A stretch of DNA of 64,000 nucleotides from Octopus sinensis (GCF_006345805.1 NW_021832863.1:30128-94127), one strand, 5' to 3'. Numbered from the stretch's first letter, positions 1 through 12,945 are shown. Program-made: numbers and translations. Notes: generated by a model not told the origin, from the letters alone.

Positions 1-99
1 GCTTACTGCCGCGTAGATTTAACAAAAGCAATAAATCAGTTTTAAACTGAAAAACCAGGCATTTAAAAGAAAGAAATGAATATCCATTGAGAAAACTAT

Positions 100-930
100 A
101 ATATTTTTGTGGATTGCTTCGAAAAAGAAAGAGAAACAAAATAATGGTAAATATTGAAAGTGCTTATAGGCGTTATCGATTATAACTCTTCTCAAATGTA
201 ATAATATTATCAAAAGGTAATAGATCTTCATAAAATCCTTCCCACCGTCAGAATGTAAAATTTTGTCATGTTTTCTGCTTTCATTAGTTTCTGCATTCTG
301 ATAACGAAATTCGTAATTATTTTCTGTAGACAATAACAATAAAGAAGCCAGAAGCCTTCAAAGTTTCAAATTTTAGCCAATCAGGAACCAAAGGCTTACC
401 CTGACCTTAACCTTCTGCCTTTATAATCACCCAGAAATTTACAAATTCATTCTTGAAACGCTCGTTTCGCTCATTTTGTGAGATAAAAATTTTGTATTTG
501 ACGAAGAAGCGAAAATATACGGCTTGCAGCATTTGTTCAAAGAACCTGGCCGGAAAGAAGATACAGACAACAGATGGTTATTGTTGCGGTTATGACAACA
601 ACAGGCGATAATGCTAATGCTGTTTCAATGAAAGCAGGTCTTTACGATATCCGGTATGTCAGCAATGGAGGTTTCCGTTTAGCTAAAATTTCAAACATTA
701 AAAACTTGTAACAGTTTTATTGTCAAGTTCTGTAGGCAATGAATGTGGTTTTCGTCATCGACTTTTAAAGGAACATCAGTATAAAAAATGGGAAAAATTC
801 TGGGAAAGAATTATAATATCCATCTTTATTTCTCAAACGCATTCATACATGTGACAACCTATATTGATGTTGGTATCCTTTTATTTTACTGTTATTGAAT
901 CTGATTATAAAATGCGAGGTTTTCTTCAGA
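100..930 (-). mobile_element. Heavily degraded hAT-family (GTF2IRD2/Charlie-like) transposase remnant
   Basis: Manual minus-strand translation across frameshifts gives colinear motifs: KPRIL*SDSITVK (884-922; resembles the N-terminal 'KPxCLICxxxxAVxK' zinc finger), AKRK-P..DIVKTCF-IETA (619-684; cf. 'AKxKKPFxDGExVKxC'), and EEL*SITPIS (160-193; cf. 'EELLxxxPL'). Many stops. Confidence 0.45.
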
Positions 931-1160
931 AACAAAGATTTTTGTTGCCTATTCCAACTCTTTCTCTTTCTTCTTCCTCTCTACAACGTGGTCCTCGAAT
1001 CGTATGTTATACTGCATAGCAATGATTCCCAAAGTTGACAATACTGCTACCTTGAAGAAAGGTGGACATGTTTTCATGGGTTCTGGGGACTGAGGAATCC
1101 TAAGGTGGACAAATAATGCAATCGTGTAGTTTGTAAGTCATTGCATCCTATTTAAATTCT

Positions 1161-1313
1161 GGCTGTGTGGTAAGTAGCTTGCTTACCAACCACATGGTTC
1201 CGGGTTCATTCCCACTGCGTGGCATCTTGGGCAAGTGTCTTCCACTATAGCCTCGGGCCAACCAAAGCCTTGTGATTGGATTTGGTAGACGGAAACTGAA
1301 AGAAGACCGTCGC

Positions 1314-1344
<31 letters not shown>

Positions 1345-1510
1345 GTGTCTGTGTGTTGGTGTGTCTGTGTGTGTTCCCCCACCATCGCTTGACAACCGAT
1401 GTTGGTGTGTTTACGTCTCCGTAACTTAGCGGTTTGGGAAAAGAGACCGATAGAATAAGTACTAGGCTTCCACAGAATAAGTCCTGGGGTCGATTTGTTT
1501 GACTAAAGGC
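1161..1510 (+). mobile_element. tRNA-derived SINE family A, 3'-truncated, with internal (TA)n(GT)n
   Basis: A-box-like ggctgtgtggtaag and B-box-like gggttcattccc. Homologous to 5474-5887 and to the minus-strand copies. Internal microsatellite at about 1313-1372. Confidence 0.85.
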
Positions 1511-1579
1511 ACAAACAAACACACACACACACACATACACACACACACATATATATTGGAGAGAGAGAGAGAGAGAAGT

Positions 1580-1610
<31 letters not shown>

Positions 1611-2350
1611 CGAGCGAAAGAGAGAAGTGAAGGGACTGAGTGAGTGAGGGAAAGAGAGCTCAAATTTCGAAAATTTATAACCTCAACTATATATTTTTTT
1701 TTCGTAATCTTTTAAGATATTCTGCTGTATTAGGGCGTTCTTGGGTTGAATTTAGGGTATAAAATATGCTATTTTATGAAATCCACGAATTTCATCCGGC
1801 ATATTTCACGATTTTCCTGAGGACAGTGGTTCGGTCTTTTATTTTTGAGTTCTGGTCAGCTGAACGTAACACGAAGTTAACACAAACGTAATTTTGCGTT
1901 GTGAATAGAAAATGTTTGAAAACTAATGTCCTTGATGGCGGTTAGGGGATAAAATTACGTTGTATGTAAATGAATTCCTCGTCGAGAATCGATTAGATAC
2001 CGAAATAGCTTTACATTCTGACATTCCTAAGAGTATTGATGGGCGCAGTAGAAAGAGTAGAAGTACGTTTGTAATGGAGAAACATGCGAAATGATAATTT
2101 AATTTCTGGTATTATTAGCAGATAAATTGCAAATGGAAAACGAAATGTACAGAGCTAATATGCACAAGGAGAGAAAGTTCTTTGTATATTCCACATTAGG
2201 TTAATCTAACAAACCGGACTCGTACAGTTGCTTCTGTATCAATATTTGCTATGTCATCGGAATAACAAAAAAAAAAAAAATAGAGAAAAAGAAAACCAAA
2301 TTTGTTTTAGATCTCGTTGCTTTGCTTGGCTCATAGTTCGATATGCGTAT

Positions 2351-2355
<5 letters not shown>

Positions 2356-2413
<58 letters not shown>

Positions 2414-2673
2414 TAAGTGGTGTGTGTGTGTGTGTGTTTGTTTGTGTGTGTGTGTGTATCTGAGCTCTTTCGTTAACGAGATCATTCTAGTCTATGGTTC
2501 TGCGCTTATGTATATATATATATATAATATATATATATATATGTGTGTGTGTGTGTTGTGTGTGTGTGTGTGTGTTTGTGTATGTGTGCGTGTTTCTGAG
2601 CTCTGTCGTTAACGAGATCATTCTGGTCTATGGTTCCACGTCTATGTATATATGTATATGTGTGTATATATAC

Positions 2674-2705
<32 letters not shown>

Positions 2706-2715
2706 ATATATATAT

Positions 2716-2749
<34 letters not shown>

Positions 2750-2755
2750 ATACAT

Positions 2756-2825
<70 letters not shown>

Positions 2826-2880
2826 AATATATATATGTATATGTATGTATGTATATACATTATAAATGTGTGTGTGTGAG
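2356..2880. repeat. Compound (TA)n/(GT)n microsatellite block
   Basis: Directly visible; explains the YI/CV-repeat ORFs. Confidence 0.95.
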
Positions 2881-4237
2881 TGAATGTTGATATTTGTGTT
2901 GATATATTTATGTGCAAGCTAGCATGTATATCTATGTATGTTGGATTGTATTTATTTTCGAATCCGTTCTTGTTATATAAGTGTCAATATATGTACGTGT
3001 AAGTATGTATGTGCGTGTTTATGTGTGTGTGTGCGTGAAGCTTTATTTGGGACATCCGTGTATCTGTTTGCGTGTGTTTTTGTTTTGATTGAATTATGTA
3101 AATGATTGCATGTGCTTGAGTGATTGTTTCTGCATGTGTTTGTGTTTGTGTTTTTACGTAAAAGTGCACACCTAAGTGCAATATGCGCGCATGTGTTCCT
3201 CTTTGGGTGCTGTCGAGAAAGAGGCGATGTAATTTTTCATTTTCAGTCTCAGATCCGTTAGTAAGAAAATAACCTCTTAGAACATCGCTGTCATTAAATG
3301 TGTTTTAGTCTTGGGGAAATGTTTAAAAACCATCCTCTGCCTTCTGCCGGCCACATCAGCCCGTTCTTCGCTTCGGTCGATATTTTCCATCAACTAAAGA
3401 AAGCTAGATTTTTCCACACTAGCATCCGTTTGTGCACTGATCTTGTAAAGAAATTCACCTCTCAAATAGTTTCGTATTGATTTCAGAATAAGAATATTAT
3501 TTATGTCGTTGCTTGGAAATATTTGTTTTCATCGAAATAGTATTTCTTCTCTTCTTCTTTATATCTAATTTATTTAGTATTCGATGAACAAAGCTATGCT
3601 GAGTAAACACCATAGTGTTACAGATGAAGAAAAAATCTGTAAAGGATGAAAACAAAGTTATTCCCAGAGCACAAACACTGTATATGCACACATACACACA
3701 CCCACAGATTCTTGCGTAGACACAAACACATTTATAGACGAAGGAAGGCGCACAAATAGACTTTCCAACTAAGCGCGCTTTTACTTTCTGTTTACCCAAA
3801 CAACCCGCACGACATACAACAGTTTCTTTCTCTCCCGCGTTTATTAATTCTAACGAACAATACACCTACCCCCTCATGCATGCCGACACAAACACACATT
3901 AATTCAGTTATACATGCAAACAAACGCAAACATTCTCATTTCTTTCTACCATTTAATTATTAAACTTACACACACACACAGAAACAAACACACAGACACA
4001 CAGTTTTCATCCAAAACTTAAACAAATTCTCACGATAAACTCACATAAACATTAAAGATAAACTCTAATTCACATACATAAATGCATACATACACACACA
4101 CATATATACACTTTCATAAATATACATAATTTTCACGTATATATATAACACTATACTTGTTCCACGTCCTCGCGTTGTTGTGTTTCTCTTTGTGTTTTCA
4201 TGTTTGGATTAACTATATATATTATATGTATATATAT

Positions 4238-4297
<60 letters not shown>

Positions 4298-4721
4298 TTT
4301 ATATATATACATATTTAATCTTTCATTCTTTTTACAATGTTCACATTTACAAACAGATGTATTGTAAATATTTTACATCCATCGTGCATTCTCATAAACT
4401 CATCTTACACTTTCCAGTTTCCTATGCATTATCCCCCTTGATAGAACCAACAAACAGCGGACTGGTCGACTGTATATATTTGTGTTCTTGTCCATGAGAC
4501 TCAACTACCAACGTCTTAGATATTATGCTTGAATTTCTGAGAAGAGAAATTATCATTATTGTTTAACCGACCATTGTGTGTGAGAATAACTCGGTAGCTT
4601 GTACCACGATTTCACAAATTACCTTAAGGAGCTTGTACAGTTGTGAGTAGACTTAAATATTCACTGGGACGTCCCGTAGCTTACAAATAGCTGGGATAAT
4701 GTACCTCTATTGACTCTCAGC

Positions 4722-4778
<57 letters not shown>

Positions 4779-4810
4779 CAGTGAGAGAGATAGAGAGAAT
4801 GAGAGAGAAA
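4722..4810. repeat. (GA)n microsatellite upstream of the candidate first exon
   Basis: Directly visible. Confidence 0.95.
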
Positions 4811-5070
4811 GGCATATATATGTGTGTATGCATATAGACATATACATGCACACATATACATATTTATGATGAACACTCGCCAAAAACTGCCGGAACCTTG
4901 CATGGGACACCATTAATTCAGTTTGCGATGAATGCTGTTGTTCCTGTTTATACAGCAAATATCTGCTTTCCACTCTGACGGGTTACTCTTTCTCTCACAT
5001 TCATTGAGAAAAAACAAACAGAAACAAAACCTTTTACTGAAAACCATTGAACTATTCGATGCAGACTTAA

Positions 5071-5206
5071 ATGCACCATGCACAGATTTTCTACAAACAA
5101 CTTGGCTGGATACGACAACCCAAAACAACACCGAAGAAGCTGCGGAGACAAATATCGTCGAAAAATGTAAGCAAAAATATGATTAGTTGCAGTTATAGAA
5201 GCCACG
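5071..5206 (+). CDS. Candidate first coding exon of an unidentified gene (45 codons, phase-1 donor)
   Basis: In-frame TAA at 5068-5070, then ATG at 5071 and an open frame MHHAQIFYKQLGWIRQPKTTPKKLRRQISSKNVSKNMISCSYRSH ending at a consensus donor CACG|gtaagt (5206/5207). Non-repetitive context. No homology recognised. Confidence 0.3.
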
Positions 5207-5473
5207 GTAAGTATAAATTACATTTCTTCTGGGGGTCATGAACTCAATAATGACTCCAATAATTGATATGAAATGACAAACACTGAAGACCTACTAATGC
5301 TCTCCCAACCAACTCACCCATCTCCCTCGGAAGAAAGGGAGGGCTGGGTTGGTGGTGGGGGGGGGCAGGGAGGGTTGGGTTGGTTGGGTGAGCGTTAATG
5401 GTGGTTTCAGGTATTGTACTCTGTGTAAGTTTCCTCTGTTTAATATATAAATATCTATATATATATAGGAGCA

Positions 5474-5649
5474 GGATTGGCTGTGTTGTAAGTAGCTTGC
5501 CTACCAACCACATGGTTCCGGGTTCAGTGCCACTGCACGGCAACTCGGGCAAGTGTATTCTACTAAAGCCTCGGGCCGACCAAAACATTGTCAGTGGATC
5601 TGGTAGACGGAAACTGAAAGAAGCCCGTCGTATATATGTATATGCAAAT

Positions 5650-5680
<31 letters not shown>

Positions 5681-5887
5681 GTTTGTGTGTTTGTCCCTCC
5701 CCAACATCGCTTAACAACCGATGCTGGTGTGTTTACGTCCACTTAACTTAGCGGTTCGGCAAAAGAGACCAAAAGAATAAGTACTAGGCTTACAAAGAAT
5801 AGGTTCTGGGGACGATTTGCTCGACTAATGGCGGTGCTCCAGCATGGCCGCAATCAAATGAGTAAAACAAGTAAAAGAGTAAAGAGT
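5474..5887 (+). mobile_element. SINE family A, full length
   Basis: tRNA-like head, internal (TA)/(GT) microsatellite, 3' tail ggtgctccagcatggccgc...aaacaagtaaaagagtaaagag. Confidence 0.9.
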
Positions 5888-6067
5888 ATATGCATATACT
5901 TAAATACTCATCGTCTGAAAACCTTCATTCTTTGCTTTCTCTCTGTTCACATATATACAGTTATGTCTATTTCGTATATCTAATCCAAGCAGCTTTATTT
6001 GTTTATTTGCATCATCGTCTACACATACACCCCACCCCACACAAACATATATATATATATATATATT

Positions 6068-6288
6068 GCTCTATTGCCCACAAGGGGCTAAAAACAGAGA
6101 GGACAAACAAGGACAGACAAACGGATTAAGTCGATCATATCGACCCCAGTGCGTAACTGGTACTTTTTTTTTATCCACCCCGAAAGGATGAAAGGCAAAG
6201 TCGACCTCGGCGGAATTTGAACTGGGAACGTAAAGACTGACGAAATATCGCGAAGCATTTCGCCCGGCGTGCTAACGATTCTGGCTTA
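6068..6288 (-). mobile_element. SINE family B, single unit
   Basis: Reverse complement of the family B core gtcgactttgcctttcatcctttcggggtcgataa..aagtaccag with B-box-like gagttcaaattcc. Confidence 0.9.
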
Positions 6289-6349
6289 AATTGTATAGCG
6301 AAAGGTCTGGTTGGAGCCCCTCCACACCCACCCCTGAAAAAAAACCCCA

Positions 6350-6495
6350 GTTCTTTTACAGGGCTTAGAAAAACTGAAGGACCGCTACAATAAGTACGTG
6401 AATCTGAGAGGGGAATATGTCGAACAAAATCATAATTAACTGATCGTTCAGTATTTTATTTTACCAAAAGCCAGGAACTTTTCAGCAGCAACTCT
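6350..6495 (+). mobile_element. Mariner transposase C-terminal remnant
   Basis: 6362-6439 translates GLEKLKDRYNKYVNLRGEYVEQNHN*, matching the mariner C-terminus pattern GIxKLxxRWxKCVxxxGxYVE. Confidence 0.65.
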
Positions 6496-7010
6496 TATTC
6501 AGGAAAAAACCAAAACGTTCCTTTTTGATTTAGTTTTATGAATAGAAGGAAATGAACTTCCCTTAGAGCTAGCTAAATTATTTCACAACAAATCAGTTAC
6601 GTTAATAAGCAGCATTCACTGAGCACAGGCGGGGGTGCTTCATTGTAATTATAATCTTGGAAGTGTGAAACGGTGCACAACTATTTGTACGCAAAGATAC
6701 TTCTGGAATAAAGGTACAATAACAAGGCTGACGCTGCGTGTCGCAACAGAGCAGGTTCTTACGGCTACAACGTTACCCTGTAGTAGAGCCGAGTGCTTAC
6801 GTTAAGGTGTCGCTGATTGAGGCAGAAACAACAACAACAATAATAGTATTAGGAAATGGAAGAATGAAGAATATAAACAAATGAATTGAATTTTGATTAA
6901 AATATTTCGAGAAGCTTTGCAAACTCCCTTCAGAAGGCTGGCCATATTTGGTAAGAATTCACTCAGTTGATGTACCGATTGATTAATGACATCAGGGGCG
7001 GTAATACATA

Positions 7011-7607
7011 CGGCGAGCTGGCAGAAACGTTAGCAGGCCGGGCGAAATGCTTAGCGGTATTTCGTCTGCCGTTACGTTCTGAGTTCAAATTCCGCCGAGG
7101 TCGACTTTGCCTTTCATCCTTTTGGGGTCGATTAAATAAGTACCATTTATGTACTGGGGTCGTTGTAATCGACTTAATCCGTTTGTCTGTCCTTGTTTGT
7201 CCCCTCTGTATTTAGCCCCTTGTGGGTAATAAAGAAATAGGTATTTCGTCTGCCGCTACGTTCTGAGTTCAAATTCCTTCGAGGTCGACTTTGCCTTTCA
7301 TCCTTTCTGGGTCGATAAATTAAGTACCAGTTACGCACTGGGGTCGATATAATCGACTTAATCCGTTCGTCTGTCCTTGTTTGTTCTCTCTGTGTTTAGC
7401 CCCTTGTGGGTAGTAAAGAAATAGGTATTTCGTCTCCTGCTACGTTCTGAATTCAAATTCCGCCGAGGTCGACTTTGCCTTTCATCCTTTCGGGGTCGAT
7501 TAAATAAGTACCAGCTACGCACTGGGGTCGATATAATCGACTAAATCCGTTTGTCTGTCCTTGATTGTCCTCTCTGTGTTTAGCCCCTTGTGGGTAGTAA
7601 AGAAATA
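7011..7607 (+). mobile_element. SINE family B, head plus three tandem 184-bp units
   Basis: Unit starts (ggtatttcgtct) at 7056, 7240 and 7424. Flanking near-direct repeat ggtaatacatac (7000-7011) / ggtaatacttac (7608-7619), a likely TSD. Confidence 0.92.
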
Positions 7608-8186
7608 GGTAATACTTACAAGTTAGTTTGATTTATTTATTTTGTTTTATTTTTGCAAACTACGACTCGTTTTATAAGTCCACTCAACAGTTTCTTATCG
7701 GAACCTTGTGGATACGGAGGAAGCAAGCAAAAACGAAAACAGTAAACAAATATGATCATGTATTTGGAAAAAGAGTAAAAGAGAGAAAAAGAAAAGATGG
7801 GAGATCTGCCGAAGAACGCCTGTTACGTGATGATGCTTATCACATGAAAACAAACAAATATCTGCGCTTTTCCTTAACGAAATATAAAAAGTAAAGTGAC
7901 AATACATGGAGATAGTAAAAAAAAAAAAATATTTGAGTTTAGATTGATCGCTTACAAACAGGGAATCACGGCTGTCAGTGAGAAACTCTGTTATCAGATA
8001 AGAGTAGCTTGAAGGCAAAAAAAAAACCAACAAAAAAACAAAAAAAAAAAACAGTAAAGAGAAGCATGAAACTCTGTTGAAGCTGATCATTTGTTTACAG
8101 AAATATGGGACAGTGAGAAATCGCAGTCATCCTCTTAGGAAAGTACGCATTCATTATGAAGAAGATATCTGACGTGAGATAAAGTA

Positions 8187-8597
8187 TTGGGTTGTCCGGA
8201 AAGTTCGTGCCGATTTATAATAGCTTACCTTTCGACTTATTTTAGAACATGGTTGAGTCCATAAAATAGGGTTTGACTACACCTCCATTTAGAGTACAGT
8301 TTAAGCTATCTTTTCGTGGAAGAAGGTTTATGTTCCTATAACCTGTGTTAATTCTGTAATCCTTTAAAATGGAAGATAAGAAAGTTCATTTTCGGCACAT
8401 GATGCTTTGGGAACCAGACAAAAATTGCTGCAGCTTGGCTGGGATGTGTTACCCCACCCTCCATATTCACCACATATTGCTCCTTCGGATTTCCACTTAT
8501 TCAGGTCTCTGCAGAATAGTCTTAAGGGTAAAAATTTCAAGTTACTGACTTTTGTGCTTTCCTTTAAAAATCGGCACGAACTTTCCGGACAACCCAA
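8187..8597 (+). mobile_element. Internally deleted mariner (MITE-like), 411 bp
   Basis: Perfect 30-bp TIRs ttgggttgtccggaaagttcgtgccgattt (8187-8216, 8568-8597), TA on the left. Internal MEDKKVHFRHMMLWE is fused to RQKLLQLGWDVLPHPPYSPHIAPSDFHLFRSLQNSL (YSPDLAP-type motif). Confidence 0.92.
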
Positions 8598-9372
8598 TTT
8601 TTCAACACCAGGATGTAGTATGGCTGGAACAAATCCACAAGAAATAGTGTTGCTGCATTTTATCGAAATACATACAATAACAATAGTTGTAATCTTGAGA
8701 CAGTGAAAACTACTTCAGGAGAGGAGAGCAATACAACAGACTTGATTATTGATTTCTGATAGAAAGAATCGACCTTCTGTTGGATTTACGAATTTACTTT
8801 TTACCATTGGGGTGTGGCTATACGAAGCCGACTGTCTTTGGCAGAAATGAATCAGGTACCACACACACATACACACACACACATACACACACAAAACAAA
8901 GGAAAATAAACAAAGTTACGAGGTTACAACTACTGACCAATAACATGCCAAAATATAATGAAAAAATTGTATACGTTTTGTCTGAATCTATTCCTCTAGA
9001 ATCATTGTGTTAGCAACAATATCATGACAGTCTGCTAGGAAGACAGGGGAGTGAGCTAGGGATGTAATGAACATCTTCTAATCACCAGAAGTGCGGTACT
9101 GGGTGTGCAACGAAATAGGAGTTCGGTTAAAGTCTGGTTCCGTCACAAGTCAACGTTCGGAATTCCGCAGTAAAATTTCTGGAAAAATATTAACAGCTAA
9201 TGTCTTATAATTAGCTGGAAGCTCTGTTAGTGACAGCAATATGACAAGTGAGAATCCATGTGATGGAATATAACTGGTTGTTGCAATAAGAGCAGTTTCT
9301 GGCTGAAACAAAGACGAAATTGCGAGTGCAAGATGAATTCGTTTGTGCCGTGTTGAGAATATGTCTGGTTAT

Positions 9373-9628
9373 TTTTCTTCTGCGCCCTTTTAAAGCCTAA
9401 CCAGGCTTATGGGCCCGGTTTCTCGGTTTCAATGGCGTATGTGTTCCCCAGCTGGACGGGATGCTAGTCCATCGCAGTGTTACTCATTTTTGCCAGCTGA
9501 GTGGACTGAAGCAACGTGAAATGAAGTGTTTTGCTCAAGAACACAACGCGTCTCCCGGTCCAGGAATCGAAACCACAATCTTACGATCATGATGCTGACA
9601 GCCTAACCACTGAGCCACGCGCTTCCAC
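9373..9628 (-). mobile_element. tRNA-derived SINE family D
   Basis: Minus-strand head tggaagcgcgtggctcagtggttagg...ggtttcgattcc. Its 3' tail resembles family C (gctggacgggatgctagtccatcgcag). Confidence 0.8.
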
Positions 9629-10572
9629 ATTTCTGGTTATACTGGATGAAATATTTCTTGCTTCCGGTGCCTCTAGATTAAACGGGACAAGAAAGTGGAG
9701 TTTGACCGTTCCTAGGTTACCAGGAGTTGGGGTGCGAGTCGCCATGTGCACTACCATCTAGGAATGTGAGAAAACCTTCATTGGACAGGTACTTTAATTT
9801 TAGCAGTAACAGCTTTGTATTTGGCAGGGGTGTGCGTGGATAAATGTTTCATTCTGACGTAGAGCGCGTTGTTTGAAGCAATGTTGTCTTGGCGCGTGTA
9901 GCTCAGTTCAATATTATGCAAATTAAAGTTTGTAGTATTTATGTGTGTTTGGGAAACGCTACTTAGAGATAAAAAGTTCATGATTATATTCATAAAGAAT
10001 GTACTTTGAAAGGAAGGGGAAACTAGCAATTCTCTTTCTGTCTTCAGCTTCTTCTTACTCAGGCCAATCCTCCGTACCGATTTGCTCTATTAGAGTGCGA
10101 TTATATCGAAGATATCGCAATTAGAGGACAGACTATAAGTTCATCAACTGATATCGGCTGATAAGTTAATTATTGATGGGTTGGAGTGAATGTAATTTTT
10201 ATTTACACTATCTAGTGTTTTTTTGATTTTCTGTAGTGAGAATTTGGTATGCACACCTCATATATATATATCTTTCGAAGGATGTAAGCTTAAGTGTGAA
10301 AACTGAAAAAAGTTGTGCTTTTCAAACTAAGTCTCTTGTATTATTCTTATGCCTCAAGCTGGATGCACAATCCTTCACTCCTAGAAATGCAATAAATTTA
10401 TCATCGGTTAGCGGAAAGTCTGTGACAAAGGACGCTATTATTCACCAAAGAAAATATTAAAAAAAATTAACTCTCTTGGTCGTTTGGCAACACTTGATGT
10501 GACATATCTTATCTTTCACAAAGATAAGGCACATCATAGAAGTGGTATATATATATATATATATATATATAT

Positions 10573-10766
10573 CCTTCGCCATGATAAAGCTCTAGCCACT
10601 ACACATACTTTATTTTCTCTCCTTGTTTCTTTCTGTGTTCCTTCCTGTGGAAGAGCGTAGGCTCGAAACGTTAAAGACTTTTTCACTTCCCGAGCGTTAT
10701 ACTAATACATCTGTTTGTTGTCTACACCACATGTCTTCGTCTTTTGTTTTTAGTGTGAATTCCCCC
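10573..10766 (+). mobile_element. Short PLE pLTR-like unit with minimal hammerhead-like motif, flanked by (TA)n on both sides
   Basis: ctgtgga-a-gagc(gtag)gctc-gaaa-cgtt at 10645-10672. Homologous to 13331-13634(-). Confidence 0.7.
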
Positions 10767-10786
10767 TATATATATATATATATATC

Positions 10787-10866
<80 letters not shown>

Positions 10867-11007
10867 TATATATATATTGGCCTGCTCGCTTAGCCAGCGG
10901 GGTGGCGTCAGTTGAAGTCTAAAAAAAATGCGAAGCGCATTGTGACCAGTTATGTGTAACAACATCTGATAGTCTGGTCGGTCACGTGATCACGTATTAT
11001 ACATATT

Positions 11008-11040
<33 letters not shown>

Positions 11041-11242
11041 ATTTATGTGTCATTTACAGCTACTTCAACATATTTTATCGTGTAGTGTTACGACAGTGGG
11101 CCGTACTGTTTCGAAGTAGATAACCTCGTACTCTCGCCCGTCAAAAACACACCAGCCACTTGTCCTGTCCTGTCTCCCTCATTACTGCCAACGCCAACCT
11201 TATCGTATCTTAACGTCAAGATCTCCCCAAAACAATTCACCA

Positions 11243-11457
11243 TTCTTTTCTACTCTAGGCACAAGGCTCGAAATTTTTGGGGAGGGAGGCCAGTCGATTA
11301 GATCTACCCCAGTACGCAACTGGTACTTAATTTATCGAACCCGAAAGGATGAAAGGCAAAGTCGACCTCGGCGAAATTTGAACTCAGAAGTAAAGACCGA
11401 CGAAATACCGTTTGGCATTTCGCCCGGTGTGCTAACGTTTCTGCCAGCTCGCCTCCT
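11243..11457 (-). mobile_element. SINE family B, alternative-tail subfamily (B2)
   Basis: Same head and core as family B but the tail reads ttttctactctaggcacaaggctcgaaatttttgggga on +. Confidence 0.85.
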
Positions 11458-11553
11458 ACAATTCGTCAGCCATTTATCTCGAGAACTGTAACCATCCGGA
11501 ATTCTGTTTGCATTTATATGCCTTTCTGGAAACATTGACCAGTAAATGTTTAA

Positions 11554-11772
11554 CCCTTTCGTTACCAACTCTGCTGAAACCGCCTCTGGCTCTGAGTAAA
11601 AATGTCTTGCTTTCGTAAGTTTTGAATTAAAATTTTCCCCCAAACATTAGTCAGAATTAATTTTCCTAATACTAGCTCAATGATAACTGAGTTATTTTAC
11701 TAAATTCTTTGTTATATTTAAAATAATTGAGAGAAACACAGAGTACCTCAAAATAATACAGAAACGAAAGGG
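11554..11772. mobile_element. piggyBac-like MITE, 219 bp
   Basis: TTAA at 11550-11553 and 11773-11776. 10-bp TIR ccctttcgtt / aacgaaaggg. AT-rich non-coding interior. Confidence 0.75.
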
Positions 11773-11823
11773 TTAAGCTGAAGTCTGCATCAATATCACT
11801 TGAGAGGATCTGCAACGTTAAGT

Positions 11824-12130
11824 TTGGTTTGTTCCTTCTTGAGCCATGCCTGGCTAATAAGGGCCGGTTACCTGGTTTCCTTGGCGTATACGTTCCCCAC
11901 CTGGACGGCACGCTGGTCCGTCGCAGGTGAGCTGCAAGATGCAGGAGGAAAGAGTGAGAGAAAGTTGTGGCGAAAGAATCAGCAGAAGTTTCGCCATTAC
12001 CTTCTGCCGGAGCCGCGTGGAAGCTTAGGTGTTTCGCTCATAAACACACACATCGCCCGGTCTGAGATTCGAACCCGCGATCCCTCGACCACGAGTGCGC
12101 TGCTCTAACCACTAGGCCATCTGCCTCCAC
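11824..12130 (-). mobile_element. tRNA-derived SINE family C
   Basis: Minus-strand head ggaggcagatggcctagtggttagagcagcg...gggttcgaatctc. Flanked by the 8-bp repeat cgttaagt (11816-11823, 12135-12142). Confidence 0.9.
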
Positions 12131-12189
12131 CCACCGTTAAGTCATGAATTATGAGCTGCATGTTCCAGATACGATAAGAAGTTAGTACT

Positions 12190-12860
12190 AACGAAAATGT
12201 TGGTGAGTTGTTTGACCTCATTTTGGACCCAGAAAAATTCTATAGTATTGTACACTTAGCTGCACGTACACAACGATTGTAAATGGAAACATTCTAAAAT
12301 GAGGATAATATTTCAGCTTTTTAGTTGGGCAAGTGTTAAAGATGAATAAAATTCCACCTATAAGTTTGTTATAGACACTGTGTGAAGAACACTTTACTGG
12401 TGATATTTTGATGACGGAGAATACGATGAATGGTGAAGCCTATTTCCATATTGCCTCTGACAGATCGCTGTGTCGGAGGACATCTAATTAAACTTTGAAT
12501 AACAATTCAGCAATTTACATCTGAGAGATCGCATTCTGATTCCGCCACGTCTGTCAGAATCTTTGATAAAAGAACTGAAGTGACGAGTGTAACGATATTG
12601 AAAGATACCTAAAAATACGGATCTGATCGATATTCTAAAGTATTTCCTACAAAACAGATACTTAATAATTCCGGGAAACAATCGTCTGACATTAAATAAT
12701 ATCGATTCTGACATGACTTACCTTGTTGTTCTTGGGGAAAATATAGACTTCTAGCTAGAAATGTCTTATATACTACATTTCCATTTCTTAATTTACGATG
12801 TGTAGGTGGCATTTTCTAATAAAAATGATATTCCCGAAATAATTTTCGAGATAATGTAGT
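12190..12860 (+). mobile_element. Degraded Gypsy/Ty3 pol (RNase H-integrase) fossil
   Basis: Colinear fragments LFDLILDPEKFYSIVHLAARTQRL* (cf. AAARxQRW), DRILIPPRLSESLIKEL (12527-; cf. DRxVIPxxLxxxVLxELH), YLVVL, and IPEII-DN (cf. GxPxxIVSDNG). Multiple stops and frameshifts. Confidence 0.45.
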
Positions 12861-12945
12861 AGAGGTTAAAGAATATTGAAGTCAGCAATATAGACTTAAC
12901 CGAAAACAATATACAGACCGTCAATGCCCGTGTGGTTATCGTGAT

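Noticed and set aside
3232-3265. Second micro-exon (ttttcattttcAG tctcagatccgtta gtaaga)
   Set aside because: Short pyrimidine tract, weak exon-side donor, and it lies upstream of the candidate start.
7056-7607. 184-bp SINE arrays as CRISPR arrays or hammerhead retrozymes
   Set aside because: There are no unique spacers, the context is eukaryotic, and neither strand of the unit has a CUGANGA...GAAA core (only GGAUGA on the minus strand).
9778-10029. 83-aa minus-strand ORF in unique sequence
   Set aside because: No recognisable domain or splice context; the length is expected by chance.
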